Both the position numbers and the translations under genes were made by a program. DNA of 63,899 bases, counting the filler, from Octopus bimaculoides (lineage: Eukaryota), in the NCBI RefSeq assembly GCF_001194135.2. It is 6 parts of 6 records of this genome, joined end to end, with 100 filler letters (N's around TTAATTAATTAA, not from the genome) between each part and the next. Parts side by side here need not be neighbours in the genome. Positions count along the whole stretch, not along the records: positions 62,894 to 63,899 come from NW_026350354.1; 5 more parts are not named here. One strand, given 5' to 3'. Below are positions 63,678 through 63,899 of the stretch, in pieces. How positions within the stretch are numbered: position 1 is the stretch's first letter; every line of letters begins with the position of its first letter. Under the pieces are notes generated by a model, which was not told where the DNA came from, did no database searches, and was given only the letters and a program-made list of their open reading frames with translations.

Positions 63678-63770
63678 TGCTTCTGACACATGTTTCGAAG
63701 ATATCACTGATATTATTCCAAAAGAATAAAATGGTGTAAAACAATGAAATCTTCTCTTCAGGGAAATGCA
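63678..63770 (-). ncRNA. Type I hammerhead ribozyme-like motif with extended stem II
   Basis: Minus strand: tgcatttcc CTGAAGA gaagat-t-tcattg...cagtga-t-atcttc GAAA c-atgt-g TC agaagca; GUC cleavage site predicted between 63685 and 63684. Confidence 0.65.
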
Positions 63771-63899
63771 GAAATGAAACTAAACTGTTAAAATGTCTTA
63801 TTAATGAGTTTCATTTCTTCATTTCCTTGAAGAGAAGATTTCATTGTTTTATACCATTTTATTCCTTTAGAATAATACCAGTGATATCTTCGAAACATG
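63689..63899. repeat. Long inverted repeat, arms at least 93 bp with a 25-bp spacer, truncated by the window end
   Basis: 63689-63781 versus the reverse complement of 63807-63899: 6 mismatches counted in 93 bp. Confidence 0.92.

Overview
AT-rich, microsatellite-dense, gap-ridden eukaryotic scaffold. The SINE families and repeat landscape point to an octopus or other coleoid cephalopod (inference). Two protein-coding genes are well supported, both on the minus strand. (1) RABEPK (Rab9 effector p40, kelch repeats): one large 832-nt coding exon (4569-3738), a second exon (2754-2566), a probable upstream exon carrying an 82-aa uORF, and a last exon not found. (2) A gene whose upstream coding exons the ORF track misses or shows in the wrong frame. 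I reconstructed it from four phase-1 exons (58624-58505, 55863-55681, 51471-51433, 50738-50581); it encodes a calcium-binding EGF domain followed by two CxxC-led chitin-binding (peritrophin-A/CBM14) domains, with its 5' part unresolved. The rest is mobile DNA: many tRNA-derived SINEs, DD37D and mariner relics, hAT/piggyBac/Tc1-type MITEs with target-site duplications, a hATm-like transposase relic, Penelope, L1/Tx1 and RTE fragments, and a pile-up of R4/Dong-type LINEs in (TAA)n tracts. The most unusual signals are three. A 93-bp-arm palindrome at the window end contains a type I hammerhead ribozyme core preceded by its own antisense. A second, minimal hammerhead lies at 44174-44218. Two near-identical Helitron-like elements sit in inverted orientation around a frame-symmetric chitin-binding exon. 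All calls were made by eye; no database searches were run.
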